Assembly (NCBI RefSeq): GCF_006345805.1
Contig: NC_043013.1
Coordinates: 20,894,001 to 20,958,000 of the forward strand
Reading direction: 5' to 3'
DNA: 64,000 nt
From: Octopus sinensis
Taxonomy: Eukaryota
Below the pieces are notes generated by a model that searched no databases, had not been told where the DNA came from, and worked only from the letters and a program-made list of their open reading frames with translations. The translations under genes were made by a program, and so were the position numbers. The first letter of the stretch is position 1; every line of letters starts with the position of its first letter. Shown piece by piece: positions 27,163 through 39,608 of this stretch.

Positions 27163-27755
27163 TTTACTCGAACAGATCGACACCAGTACTTGTTTTTTTA
27201 AAGTCTTGTACTTACTCTATCGGCCACTTTTGCCGAACCGCTAGCTTACGGGGACGGAAACAAACCAACACCGGTTGTCAAGCGGTGGTAGAGACAAGTA
27301 CACCAAGACACAGGCACACATACGCACACACAGGCATATATATATTCTTTTACACTTTTACTCTTTTACTTGTTTCAGTCATTTGACTGTGACCATGCTG
27401 GAGCACCGCCTTTTAGTCGAGCAAATCGACCCCCAGGACTTATTTTTTGTAAGCCTAGTACTTATTCTATCGGTCTCTTTTGCTGAACCGCTAAGTTACG
27501 GGGACGTAAACACACCAGCATTGGTTGTCAATCGATGTTGGGGGGGACAAACACAGACACACAAACACACACACATATATATACATATATACGACGGGCT
27601 TCTTTCAGTTTCCGTCTACCAAATCCACTCACAAGGCTTTGGTCGGCCCGAGGCTATAGTAGAAGACACTTGCCCAAGGTGCCACACAGTGGGACTGAAC
27701 CCAGAACCATGTGGTTGGTAAGCAAGCTACTTACCACACAGCCACTCCTGCGCCT
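27163..27755 (-). mobile_element. SINE S2 full copy (27347-27755) plus adjacent 3' fragment (27163-27345)
   Basis: Minus strand: aggcgcaggagtggctgtgtggtaag head, gggttcagtccc B-box-like, internal (TA/TG)n, (AAAAGAGT)n-like tail. Confidence 0.9.
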
Positions 27756-28280
27756 ATATATATATATAAACACACACACACACAGAGAATATGGCTAATA
27801 GTTTGAGCAAAGAATATGGTTGAAGGTTCGGTCACTTAGAGAGGAAAGCCTGCTAGTCTTTGTTGAAGACGAACTGATAATTAGGAGCTCAGTTCCTACC
27901 CTGAATTGCACAAAGAAATAATGTCGTTAACGTCAAACATGTATGGGTAATTTCTCCACCCCTGAAGCAGACGCTAATAATGATGATCTACGAACCATAG
28001 AACAGAATCATTCTTTCTCCAAATAACTTACATTGCATCATCTGCCATCACACAACAATTATGAATATATACGGTGCTATAATACTATTGTATTATTACT
28101 TAATACGCCTTTCTCTTCAATTATCCCATGTATATATATATTCAACGGTCTGTCTTAAAAGACTATTTTCATGTTTAAAATAAAAGTGGCTGGAATATTT
28201 TAAGGGCTTTTTTGAATATCCCATCTTGATTTATAACATGAAAATAAATAGAAAAATATAATTCACGCCACGGAATTTCA

Positions 28281-28592
28281 CATTACGGCAAAATTTGTGA
28301 CAGACCATGACTTTCTTTTGCTGGGCTCAAATCTCATTTGCGCACCCATAAAAAACGAATCTCCGCCAACTATTCTGCCTATATGACTATACACACCTTT
28401 GGATGCAGTGTATACCAGAAGGTTTGAAAATCCAACAGAGGCCTCAAAAGACATTTTACGATCCACAAAGATCAGAACTTAATCTGCAGTCCTTGGTAGT
28501 CCACATCAGATGTCCAATGTACGTGGGTGTTTTTCAGTATATTGCCTGGTTTAAAATGTCACATCAGACGCCATGATGGTTCTAAGGTGTAG
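28281..28592 (+). pseudogene. decayed triple C2H2 zinc-finger-like coding remnant, probably a LINE ORF C-terminus
   Basis: One frame gives ..ICDRP*LSFAGLKSHLRTH, ..CSVYQKV*KSNRGLKRHFTIH and ..CTWVFFSILPGLKCHIRRH; no TGEKP linkers; in-frame stops. Confidence 0.6.
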
Positions 28593-28650
28593 GTAGAGGA
28601 GGTGGTCAAACTCTGCATAAGAAGTAGACGACCACCATATTATATACACC

Positions 28651-28803
28651 AGACGTTTCTTTCAGTTTCCGTCCACCAACTCCACTCAAATGTTTGGTCA
28701 GTCCGGCTGTATTGTAGAAGACAATTGCCAATTGCATCACACAGTTGGACTGAACCGAAGATAACACAGCTGAAAAGCAAGCTTCTTATACAGCAACGCA
28801 GGC
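28651..28803 (-). mobile_element. SINE S2 5' half, diverged
   Basis: tttctttcagtttccgtc.accaa.tccactc. Confidence 0.7.
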
Positions 28804-29633
28804 CAGCGATCTTGTTAGGAATGGGCTTCATTGTATTTTATCTGTCTTACAAAGTACATATCCAATAATGCGGTACAAGATGTTGTGAGTGAAAACAGAG
28901 GATTGGCTGCGGCTCATTCGCAACGAGAAGTCAATGACAAACAGGATCAAAAGATCAACGAGTTCTTTGAAGTAAAATAAAGGATAAATATTTCTTAGAA
29001 TAATACACATCGCCCCCACCGCACACACACATACACGTATATACACACTCGGTAATATAATGGACTCTGTTATTTAGAAAATTACGTGCATAGGTAATAA
29101 TTTTTTATCGACTGGAAAATAAACAATTTATCACACAATACTTTGATATTGTATATTTGATAAACCATATGAGTAGCTATTATCTCGTTTCTGAATACGC
29201 TACATGATAATTCCAGGCTGAGTAAACTTGGGAAATAATAAATCAAGATAAGTATAATGATAGATTTGTTGTTATAAAGCAAATGACAATGTGAAACTTG
29301 GTGTGTTGTTAAAGATTTACTTGTCCGTCAGAGGTTAGCAATGTCTCCTGAAAGGACGTGATGCTAAGATATTGTCCTAATTAGATTGTTGCTATTCAAT
29401 AAACAGAATATGGAGGACAAAGTCGGAAATTAAGAGATACACATAACAATGGCTGAACGTAATGTGTAAAGTAGGTGATGGCGGATGGTTACTTTTCAGG
29501 AACACATGCCACTATATATATATATATATGTACACTCTCAGACATGTATGTTGTTATAAAATTGTTGCTATAAACACACAACAGAGAGGCATCTGCCTCT
29601 CCTACAAAGAAATATTGTCCTCAGTCAAAAATG

Positions 29634-29707
<74 letters not shown>

Positions 29708-29749
29708 CGTGGAAGAAGAAGAATAAGAATAAGAAGAAAATAAAAAATA

Positions 29750-29959
29750 TACAGAAAAATACATAACAAAAACACCAGGACTAACAAATATATATATAGC
29801 ATACAGAAGATAGCACTACTAGGCACCACACACATCCTACGTAAAACACTTTCAATACAGTAAAAATAAGAGCATCAAAACAAACCATAGCACATAGCAA
29901 GGCACACAGAGCTGCACCCGGTAGTGCAGTGAAAGCACGTGACAAAGGTAAGGCTACTT
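29750..29959 (+). mobile_element. 3' end of an R4/Dong-like LINE between (TAA)n tracts
   Basis: KYITKTPGLTN..IQKIALLGTTHILRKTLSIQ* plus a 3' UTR homologous to 35769-36350. Confidence 0.8.
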
Positions 29960-29985
29960 AATAATAATAATAATAATAAGAATAA

Positions 29986-30016
<31 letters not shown>

Positions 30017-30130
30017 AAGAAGAAGAAGAAGAAGAAGAAGAAGAAGAAGAAGAAGAAGAAGAAGAAGAAGAAGAAGAAGAAGAAGAAGAAGAAGAAGAAG
30101 AAGAAGAATATTAATAATAATAATAATAAT
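29960..30130. repeat. (TAA)n-(GAA)n-(TAA)n with a long pure GAA run
   Basis: Read directly. Confidence 0.95.
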
Positions 30131-30174
30131 TGTAGGTGCAGTTACTCGATAACATCATCCTCAATATTTGATAT

Positions 30175-30460
30175 TCACTAAATTTATCGACCGTGAAAGA
30201 AGGTAAAGTTGACCTCGATAAATTTGAACTCAAATATAAAGAGTTGCTTGAAACATAGTAAAGCATTTTGTTCGATGCGCTAATGATTCAGCCGACCCAC
30301 TTTCCCTGAACGAATGAGTTATAATACAAACTTAGTAAATATATCTACGCACATAACTGGTACTTGTTTTATAGACTGTAAAGGTGGAAAAACGAAGTCG
30401 ATACCGGATTCGAACTCAAAATGAAACAAAATAGCCAGCGCTGGATTAACCATTAAACAA
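30175..30460 (-). mobile_element. two degenerate SINE S1 fragments
   Basis: tttatcgaccgtgaaagaaggtaaagttgacctcg..atttgaactc; ctggtacttgttttatagac..ggattcgaactc. Confidence 0.55.
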
Positions 30461-30539
30461 AATAAGCACGTGTTTAGGGCATCAAGGGAAGGAGGGGGCA
30501 CCACAGAAACAGTAAATGGCTTACGGCACAAAAGAAATC

Positions 30540-30861
30540 AGTTTAAACTTGCTGAAATAATACTCGAGATACTTTTAGCTCAACTAAGTATAGATGCAGA
30601 TGTGTTGCCTAATATTAATTTTAAGGATCTCATCAAAGACTTTGCAAAGCAAAACAGTAGGAGGAAACTTTTCAAATATAAATAAAATGGAAGGAGACAA
30701 AAATAAACGTCATTTTCCCTCTTACTGTTTTGTTTCATTTTGAAAAATAAGAATTTATTTTATGGTTTGCTATTTTTTATATTTTGAATTACATAATATT
30801 TTATGGGGGCACCAAAATCTTTTAAGTGCTTAGGGCCTCGATGGGTCTTAATCCGGCCCTG
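30540..30861 (+). mobile_element. hAT (Tip100/ZMYM1-like) transposon 3' remnant
   Basis: LAQLSIDADVLPNINFKDLIKDFAKQNSRRK resembles the hAT dimerisation-domain end; terminus ggtcttaatccggccctg (TIR CAGGGCCGGATTAAGACC). Confidence 0.65.
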
Positions 30862-30939
30862 AAAATAGCAATCTATTTTGTTCGTTACTCTACCGATTAT
30901 AACCGGTACAGTAATAATAAGAATGTTTCTAACAGAAGC

Positions 30940-31110
30940 ACATAGTTATAAACTGGAGAGAGTAGAGAGCGCGACCGATTATATCGGCGAAAACATTTTA
31001 TTTAATCGACTTTAGAATTATGGAACACCAAACATGAGCAGGATTTCAATGCACTCATTAAAGATTCAGAACAACTACAGAATGGTAAATTAACCGACGC
31101 TCTAACTATT
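30940..31110 (-). mobile_element. very old SINE S1-like copy
   Basis: gaccgattatatcg..ttatttaatcgac..gattcagaac..gacgctctaactattcttccactcg. Confidence 0.4.
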
Positions 31111-31683
31111 CTTCCACTCGTCTCCCAACATTACGAAAACGACATATTATTCTGCAAATACAAACAACATTTAAGAATACCCTGATTTGGGGAAAATATG
31201 TCTCTATTTTACTAATAGGAACATTCTTGTAAGTAAACTTTGTTTCAATTTGTTTTGTTTCAAAATATTTTTGACTTTAAGAGGTAGAGCACATTAACGC
31301 TGCTATAATTTCATTATTTACAGAATTATTGAAAATTAATTTTCTTTATAATTGTTGTTTTGTTTTGTCATATTTCTAGGATTGTCAACATCTGTCATTA
31401 AAACGTAATACTACAAACCAACGTTTTCGCATTTATTGTAGATTATAAAATGTTGCCCTAAACAGACAATTCTCAGTAAATATACAGTTGCACAGACATT
31501 AAAATGTCTTTAGCAGGTATGCCGAATAGAAATAAGAATAGTTTAAGGAAACTATTTTACTAATAATTAGCCCTGACGTAAATTCAGTTTCAAACTAAAC
31601 GAATTTCAGCTTGCAAGTATGATTTAAAGGTAATTTGGCATTTCTACTCAGCATGAACCACTCAAATTTTGTGTTGTTCATAC

Positions 31684-31902
31684 AACGGCGAGTTGGCAGA
31701 GACGTTAGCACGCCGGTGGAAATGCTGATAAGCATTTCGTCTGTCTTTGTGTTCTGAGTTCAAATTCCGCCGAGATCGATTTTTTTTTACTTTTCATCTT
31801 TTGGGGGTCGCTAAATTAACTACCAGTTGCATACTGGTGCGATCTAATCGACTAGCCCACTCCCCCAAAATTTCGGGCCTTGTGCCTAGAGTAGAAAAGA
31901 AG
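31684..31902 (+). mobile_element. SINE S1, tail b
   Basis: Head, B box gagttcaaattcc, core and tail ccccaaaatttcgggccttgtgcctagagtagaaaag. Confidence 0.85.
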
Positions 31903-33551
31903 TTTTGTTTTGTTCATGATGTGTGCCTTTAAGCTACAATCTCAACGATCGTTGATTCTCATAAAACAACTATTGACACAAATTTTCTGATCCTGTAATA
32001 ATTTGGAAATGCTTATCTCGCAGATCAAGGAATTTGTTACGTGGTGTGAATTACATTGTCCTTCTGAGTCTATTCCCGACTTGGGAAATATGCAAGGCCC
32101 TTATTATAATATCAATCCCTGTTCTCGAAAATAACCTCCTTTAAAAAGTTTAGAAACTCCTGCATATATTAGATATGTGGGTTTAAACATATTGATAGTA
32201 TGCAGAGTGTAACAATAACAGTTCAGTGATACGGCTTATCCATTATAGCAGTATAATCCACTATTGTAATATTAGAATATAGTTTTAAGTGTGTCTACTG
32301 TGTACAGGTTAATCATACCACGACAGCGTCGTAGCAAAAGACCATCAAGACGTGGGATATGTCGGCGGATTCAGGTTTCCTCACCCAGATCGACTCTTTA
32401 TTGCCGAGTAGGGACTTACGTTTATAGATGACTATCTTGATATACGATTCGCCTATGTTGATGCATCACATGATGAAATTAAGCTTTTAAACAGATCAAC
32501 GACAAATATTGGGTGATCGGAGGCTGCGATATCTAATTGCTGGAATCAAGCCCCAGTTTTTAAATATCTTTTTAAAAGGTGACAACTAAGTATTTCATAG
32601 AACAGTGATGAGACTTGGTAACATCCATAACCGTCTAATTTACATTTCTTAGTATGTTTTTATTGACTCAATATATGCCTTAGAGGGGTTGATTTGTCTT
32701 CAATTAGGTTTATTTATGCAATGAATATCATATTTACTGCAAAATACTGTATCCAAAGTTCGTGTAATTTTCTTTAATTCTTAATGACTGATGTTTACAA
32801 TCTCAAAAACAGGAAAATATGATAAAATAAATATTAGAAATCAGATCAAATTTTAATAATTCTCTAACAAATGTTATGATAGCAGTATTAATGTGTGCTT
32901 CTTATAAAAGCCAAAAATATTACAGCTGGAGATGAAAACAACTAGAAACATATTTTTCTTTGAGACACTTCAAACAAAAGAATGGTCTATATTCTTGGAG
33001 AGATTCTGGAATTTTGGTTTAGTTATAAAATATTTTCGTTTCTCAAACAAAGACAAATAATGTAAGATTGATTCTTCTCAACACTTGATATTTTAGATTC
33101 AGAAGTTCTCTCTTCTTAGTACTTCTTTTAAGGAAAAATATATATCATCATCAACATCAACATCATCATCATCATCATCATGATCGTCGTCGTCATCGTC
33201 GTCGTTGTTGTTGTTGTTGTTGTTGTTGAAGACGTTGCACAGAATCCAATATTTTGATTTGTATATTGAAGACACAGAGGAAAGATAAAGCTAAGACCGT
33301 TACTATTTCACTATTGATCCCTAAATATTGCAACGCAGTTCGGCAGTTTTATATTTTCTTACCCACTAGCCCTTATAAGCCCTTATAAGCCTCACAATGT
33401 TAGTAGTTCCATATAACTTCTTGACCATTTACAAGAACACTGTGATTGGTGAGAAGGCGAGAGGAAGTTGTCATTCTACAAGAGAGATGACTCGTCTGCT
33501 TGCACCGGAAAGGGTTCTATTAAAGGCATTTGATGATGGTGGTGCTTTGTT

Positions 33552-33910
33552 TGTGTGTTTGTTTGTTTGTTGAGCGAAGCGGTCTTCGTCCCTAGTGGGA
33601 GAAGTCCGAAACGTGGTCCTTTGCTATTCGTAAGACCCGCAGAAGAGAAAGCAGGTCAACCCCCGACACCGAGAGCATCGACGGATGGATGAATGCGCAT
33701 CCAGGCTCAGCGGTTGCGTAGGAAGTCGGGGACAAGAAACAGGAAGAAAAAGTGAGAGAAAGTTGGAGCGAAAGAGTACAACAGGGGTCGCCACCACCCC
33801 CTGCCGGAGCCTCGTGGAGCTTTAGGTGTTTTCGCTCAATAAACACACACAACGCCAGGTCTGAGAATCGAAACCATGATCCTCCGACCTCTAGTGGTGG
33901 TGCTAAACCG
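33552..33910 (-). mobile_element. tRNA-derived SINE family S3 with (CAAA)n tail
   Basis: Minus strand B box ggtttcgattctcagacc, GC-rich body, ends caacaaacaaacaaac. Confidence 0.65.
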
Positions 33911-34435
33911 AGTGATGGATCAAGTCTCCAACTCATTGTACCAATCTACTAAATACTTAACGAGAGAGAATTTTATATACATTAGCAACTTCTTCTGAAT
34001 TTATAGGAATAAATATTCGATATTCATGTACTACAAGCAAGGTTACCCCGTTGGGACTCCAAGCATATTGTATCATTAAATTCTAGCTTCAGAAGCGCTT
34101 AAGAGATTTGAAAGCAATTTAGAATATGTGGTACAGACTTTTCCAATAACGCCAAGAATTCGCAAATAATCAAGATGTCAAGATCGATTTATTTTAGCTT
34201 ATTTCTTTTAGAAATAATTATTTTACTCGCGGTTCAATTCATAGAAATCAATTATCTTAATATCTCTAATCATAAAATAGAACCAACAAGTTGTCATAGG
34301 TCATATGGTGTAAACGTATAAATGACTAACATGCTGTTTCCATTTAATTAATAACTAGTAATTGTAAGGAAATTAATTTTTAGATATTAATATTACACAA
34401 ATATTATGTATAAATTAGCCCTCGGTGTGTGCGCA

Positions 34436-34608
34436 TGTGTGTAATTAGAGTAATACATTTTCTCAACGAGTTCAAGCTCATATAATGCTAGCCCGATGTA
34501 ATATAGCACAAACCATTGGAGAAACGATGTATATATATATATGAGAGAGAGAGAGAAAGAGAAAGTATCTTATATAGAAGCAATCATATTGTGCGTGCGC
34601 GTGTTTGT

Positions 34609-34647
<39 letters not shown>

Positions 34648-34745
34648 TACAGTAATATATTTTCTCAACGAGATTACGCTCATACAATGTTGGTCCGATG
34701 TGATATATCACAATGTAAGATTCTCATGAGAGAAAGGTTATATAT
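34436..34745. repeat. diverged direct duplication of about 105 bp separated by microsatellites
   Basis: gtgtgtaatta.agtaata.attttctcaacgag...gctcata.aatg.t.g.ccgatgt.ata at about 34436 and 34638. Confidence 0.75.
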
Positions 34746-34746
34746 A

Positions 34747-34789
<43 letters not shown>

Positions 34790-34793
<4 letters not shown>

Positions 34794-35077
34794 TAAAATT
34801 AATTTAGGGTAGAAATTGATATTTATCAATTAGAACCAGTGGTCTAGCATATTAAAAAAAGAATCCGAAGATTAAAATATGTTTATATACCAATTAAGGA
34901 CTGAACACGAAAAGTGGACAGTCAACATGCTAGATATAGACGTCAAATCGCCATTCTCCACAAAAGATTATGTTCTCAGATCAAAGAACATAATCTTTTG
35001 TGGAGAATGGCGATTTGACGTCTATATCTAGCATGTTGACTGTCCACTTTTCGTGTTCAGTCCTTAATTGGTATATA
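34790..35077 (-). mobile_element. family A fold-back element: perfect 93-bp arms 34884-34976 and 34985-35077, 8-nt loop, tail, (TA)n on both sides
   Basis: Arms checked base by base as exact reverse complements; arm sequence is homologous to the tail of the element at 40485-40740. Confidence 0.9.
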
Positions 35078-35574
35078 TATATATATATATAATATATATA
35101 TATAATATATATATATGTATATATGTATGTATATATATATATATGAGAGAGAGAGTTTTATATTGACGCAAGCGTTGTAGGATATCGGTGAGCAATTATG
35201 GGTAGACTCATAGCACTTTCTTATGCATTACAACAGGCAGACTGAAACTTCCAGCTTCATTTATTGACATGGATTACGCTGAAAGAAAGAACAGAAATTT
35301 TAGAACTAATAATTCCTTTAAGCATGTCAAAGAAAAAGTATTATTTAAAGCTATTATAAATTCATACCAAATTGTCGAAAATAATTTAAATATTAGATTA
35401 TTTTGGACCAAACTTTAAAGGAAATGAAATCATGATTGTGAGAGATTGCGATGTTGATGTCTTTGTAAATTATAATAATCACAAAGCAAGCAAAAATAGT
35501 TTTATGAAGCCAGAACTTATTAAAATGAAAAATTACCGTTTCGTAGGATCATTTCTGTGCCATAATAAATATTT

Positions 35575-35745
35575 GCAATATTAGGTCTTTCTGTTCTGCG
35601 TTCAAATCCCTCCACTGACATTTATGCGTTTCCTCCCTCTAGGGTCGAGGAAAAAGAAGTACCAGTTTAGTAATGAGGTTGATGTTATCGACCATACCCC
35701 TTCACTTCAAAATTGTAAACCATGCGCCTAAATTAGAAATTATTA
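35575..35745 (+). mobile_element. old degenerate SINE S1
   Basis: gcgttcaaatcc..ctagggtcga..aagtaccagtt..gatgttatcgac. Confidence 0.55.
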
Positions 35746-35768
35746 TCATTATTATTATTATTATTATT

Positions 35769-36349
35769 CAGTAGTTTTATTTTTATAGCGTGCTTTCACT
35801 TCACTACCGAGTGCAGCTCAGTGTGCCTTGGGTATGTGCTGTGATTTGTTGTGATGCTCTGATGGTTATTGTATGGAAAGTGTTCTGCGTAGGATGTGTG
35901 CAGTGCCTAGTATGCAATTTTCTGTATGTTATATGTGTTTGTAAGTCCTGGTGTTTTTGTTATGTATTTGTCTGAATATTTTTTTATCATGCCTAATGCA
36001 CCTACTATGATAGGAATTGTTTCTGTTTTCATATTCCACATTCTAGTTACCTCTATTTCCAGGTCTTTGTATTTTGAGAGTTTCTCCCATTTCTTTTAGA
36101 GACACTTGTCATCAGCCGTATTGATACATCATTAGAAAGCATTTTTTTTCTTCATGATCTCTGACAACTATATCTGGTCTGTTGGCCTTATTTCTCTATC
36201 TGTGTTATCGGCATATCCCAGAGTATGGTTGCTTTCTCGTTTTCTGTGACCTTTTCTGGTGTGTGCCTATACCATCTTTTTTCTGTTGTTATTCCATAAT
36301 GTGGCATAGCTTCCAATGTATGTAGGTTTCAACTCTGTCATGTCTGTGA

Positions 36350-36350
<1 letters not shown>
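35769..36350 (-). mobile_element. 5'-truncated R4/Dong-like LINE (RHD motif, REL endonuclease, 3' UTR) inside (ATT)n
   Basis: Frameshifted minus translation HRHDRVETYIHWKLCH..TPEKVTENEKATILWDMP..NRPDIVVRD..KYKDLEIEVTRMW..IIVGALG; (ATT)n at both junctions. Confidence 0.9.
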
Positions 36351-36389
<39 letters not shown>

Positions 36390-36391
<2 letters not shown>

Positions 36392-36450
36392 GATAATGAG
36401 CTAGCAGAATCGCTGGACAAAATGCTTTACTATCTGAGTTCAAATTATTT
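36390..36450 (+). mobile_element. SINE S1 head fragment
   Basis: gagctagcagaatcg..ctgagttcaaatt. Confidence 0.5.
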
Positions 36451-37065
36451 GTTTATGTATGTATATATCAAAATTTCACTCATCTAATTTCAGTGTAACG
36501 CTCACATTTTGTGTAGCCTGTCCATGTGATGCCCCGCCAAATCCTCATTATACAGCTGTCAACTGACAGACATACACAATGAATTTTAATTTATTAAAGT
36601 TTTCCACCATTTGAGACACAAATACAAAAACATAGCGAAAACTGTTTGCTACTCTGGAAAAGAAATGGAAATAATTTCAAGAAAATCAGGAATAAATTCC
36701 TAAAGATAGTTTATGCCGTCAGGGGGAAATACACTCTGTATTTTGTTCATGGATGAGAGGAGACAACTGTGGACCTATGTTTCGATCTATTTCACCTCAT
36801 CAGTATCATTTATCATCAGTATCATCAGTTAGTCTAAATGATTCTGCATGCCAGTACATAGACGTTTACATTTGCCCATGTGAGACTCACTTATATTATG
36901 CATCGACGAAATTTTACACATAATTATTTTCGATTCTATTTCGAAGTTTTGATGTTTGTTCACAGTACAGTGTATTGGGTTTCTAACTTGCAATAACATA
37001 GATACCAACTGAAACTCAGCAGCCATGCATGAAGTCGGTAGAGTCACACAGAAAACTATCATCAT

Positions 37066-37279
37066 ACTCTTTTACTCTTTTACTTGTTTCAGTCATTTGA
37101 CTGTGGCCATGTTAGAGCACCGCTTTAGTCGAGCAAATCGACCCCAGGACTTATTCTTTGTAAGCCTAGTACTTATTCTATCGGTCGCTTTTTGCCGAAC
37201 CGCTAAGTTACGGAGTCGTAAACACACCAGCATCGGTTGTCAAGCGATGTTGGGGGGACAAACACAGACACACAAACAT

Positions 37280-37356
<77 letters not shown>

Positions 37357-37521
37357 TACGACGGGCTTCTTTCAATTTCCATCTACCAAATCCACTCACA
37401 AGGCTTTGGTCGGCCCGAGGCTATAGTAGAAGACACTTGCCCAAGGTGCCACCCAGTGGGACTGAACCCGGAACCATGTGGTTGGTAAGCAAGCTACTTA
37501 CCACATAGCCACTCCTACGCT
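37066..37521 (-). mobile_element. SINE S2 full copy with internal (CA)(TA) microsatellite
   Basis: Near-identical to the 27347-27755 and 60337-60758 copies outside the microsatellite. Confidence 0.9.
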
Positions 37522-37901
37522 TGCCACACCTACTCCTATATTTATACATAATTTATCAGTACTTTGGAATTTAGAAAATAAGATAAATTCCTGTATGGTT
37601 CCTGTAGATGTTTTTGATGATGGTGCCTTGACGTTGTTTGGCCCACAAATTTTATTTTTGTTCAATTAGTTATATGATAAAAAAACGTACCTGTCAGAAC
37701 AAATCTGAGTTAGGAGCGCATCTATCAAAGTATTTCCAAATTGAAAGACAACTGAGTTTAATTTTAAGGTGATTTGGTTGATATTTCCAACAACTCATTA
37801 GACCAATTAGTTTCTCTTTTCCCTCTCTCTCTCTCTCTCTCTCTCACTCTCGCTTCTTCATTTTTATCTGAAAAATTTGCATTACAGTTAACGTTACTTG
37901 T

Positions 37902-38337
37902 AGGCGCAGGCGTCGCTGCGCGGTTAGAAGCTTGCCCCCCAACCACATGATCTCGGGTTCAGTCTCACTGCGTGGCAACTTGAGAGAGTGTCTTCTACTA
38001 TACCTTCTGGCAGACCAAAACCTTGTGAGTGGATTTGTTAGACGGACACGGAAAGTAAATCATCGTGTGTGTATGTGTGTGTGTGAGTGTGTGTGTGTGT
38101 GTGAATGTTGGGGTGTGCGCCTTTGTTTTTGTGTTTGTCTCTCTTCACCGCTTCACAACTGGTGTTGCTGTACTTACATCCCCATAACTCAGCGGTTCGG
38201 CAAAAGAAAGGGACCGGTGGAATAAGTACCAGGCTTTAAAAAACGTACTAGGATCGGTTCATTCGACTAAAAATTCTTCACGGCGATACTCCAGCATGAC
38301 CACAGTCTAATAGCTGAGACTCATAAATGATAAAAGA
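37902..38337 (+). mobile_element. SINE S2, older diverged copy
   Basis: aggcgcaggcgtcgctg head, gggttcagtctc, internal (TG)n and 3' part. Confidence 0.8.
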
Positions 38338-39477
38338 TTGTAAGTCACTGTTTCTGCTTCAGGCCAGGCACAAACATTCTTAGCCTCAAGGTCAGTTATT
38401 ATGCTGCATTATGATGACTAGTGATAATATTCCACTCAGCATACCAAAGCAGTGCATGAGTACAACCTTGTTTTATTGGTGCACCTTAAAATCGATGGAC
38501 CCTTCCGCTTAGTGATGTCCGCTTACGGCTAAGTGGCCGAAGTATTTTGACAATAGTTACAAAGAAGTTCTGTTGACAGGACACAACATAAAACGTCTCT
38601 AATCCCTGGCTGCTACAAAACGTTTATTCGCTATTCTTACTTCTAAAAACAAAAAGAAAAAAAACCTATTTAATACAACAACAATGCAAACAAAATCACT
38701 TTCACTTCTCTTTCTCCGCCATAATTGCATAGATTATGTTAAAATCAACTCTTGAGTATTCCGGAACTTAAGAGTTCATATGACAGCTTTAACTATTTCA
38801 AAGGGTTTTAGCTGTACACATTAATTTCCAGTTTCAATATTCGCTGCAGTTACAATGTTTTTTGTTTTGTTTTGCGTTGTTTTTAGCATATTTTTCTTCG
38901 TATTATCTGGTATTAAGTAAAACCAGCTGCTTCATTCGACTTCAAATTTGACAATGTATAGTGTATGGCGCCGAGGCAATCAAATTAAACGTTAAGAAAT
39001 GCATTATCTCTATAGACTTGTCAAGTCACTTTAGTGAGAATAAAATTCTTCATACTGCTAAGTACTTCCTTAAAATGTTCAAGAATAGCTCCTTCACAGC
39101 CATATCTTCAGGCGTAGCAAAAATCCATTTCAAATATTTTCAACAAAAAACAAACGTAAAGACGAAAAAGAACATTCACATTGTATATTTCTAAACGTTT
39201 GATTCATTTTAGTTTGTTTTTTTTTATGGATAATATACAAACGGAATAATGCCCAATGCAGAATCTTACTATTGGTTCTCTTTCAGGCTTTTTACTGTGT
39301 TAATCCTACTTAAGGTAACTTATACATTATCGCCTTAGGAAGAACCTAACTTAAATGCTTGCTGCTAGATTTACTAGTTGTCTTTGATATTTGCTAAGGG
39401 ACAATTATTTGGATTCGCATTTAGACCAGATATATGTATACACGTATGCATTCATATATATGTACGCGACTATCATA

Positions 39478-39508
<31 letters not shown>

Positions 39509-39545
39509 TTATATTATATTTATATATAGAGAGAGACATATATGC

Positions 39546-39608
<63 letters not shown>

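Noticed and set aside
32024-32135. Exon-like IKEFVTWCELHC...
   Set aside because: Reasonable acceptor but no donor before the stop; mentioned only as a weak candidate.
33575-33630. gtccgaaacgtggtc in SINE S3
   Set aside because: No CUGANGA, and it is antisense to the SINE.
36100-36125. Minus-strand CTGATGA..GAAA
   Set aside because: Lies inside LINE endonuclease coding sequence and has no hammerhead stems.
36765-36830. Minus-strand CUGAUGA..GAAA-C(AUAG)G-UC hammerhead-like string
   Set aside because: The core and GUC are present but stem I cannot pair; at best a decayed copy.
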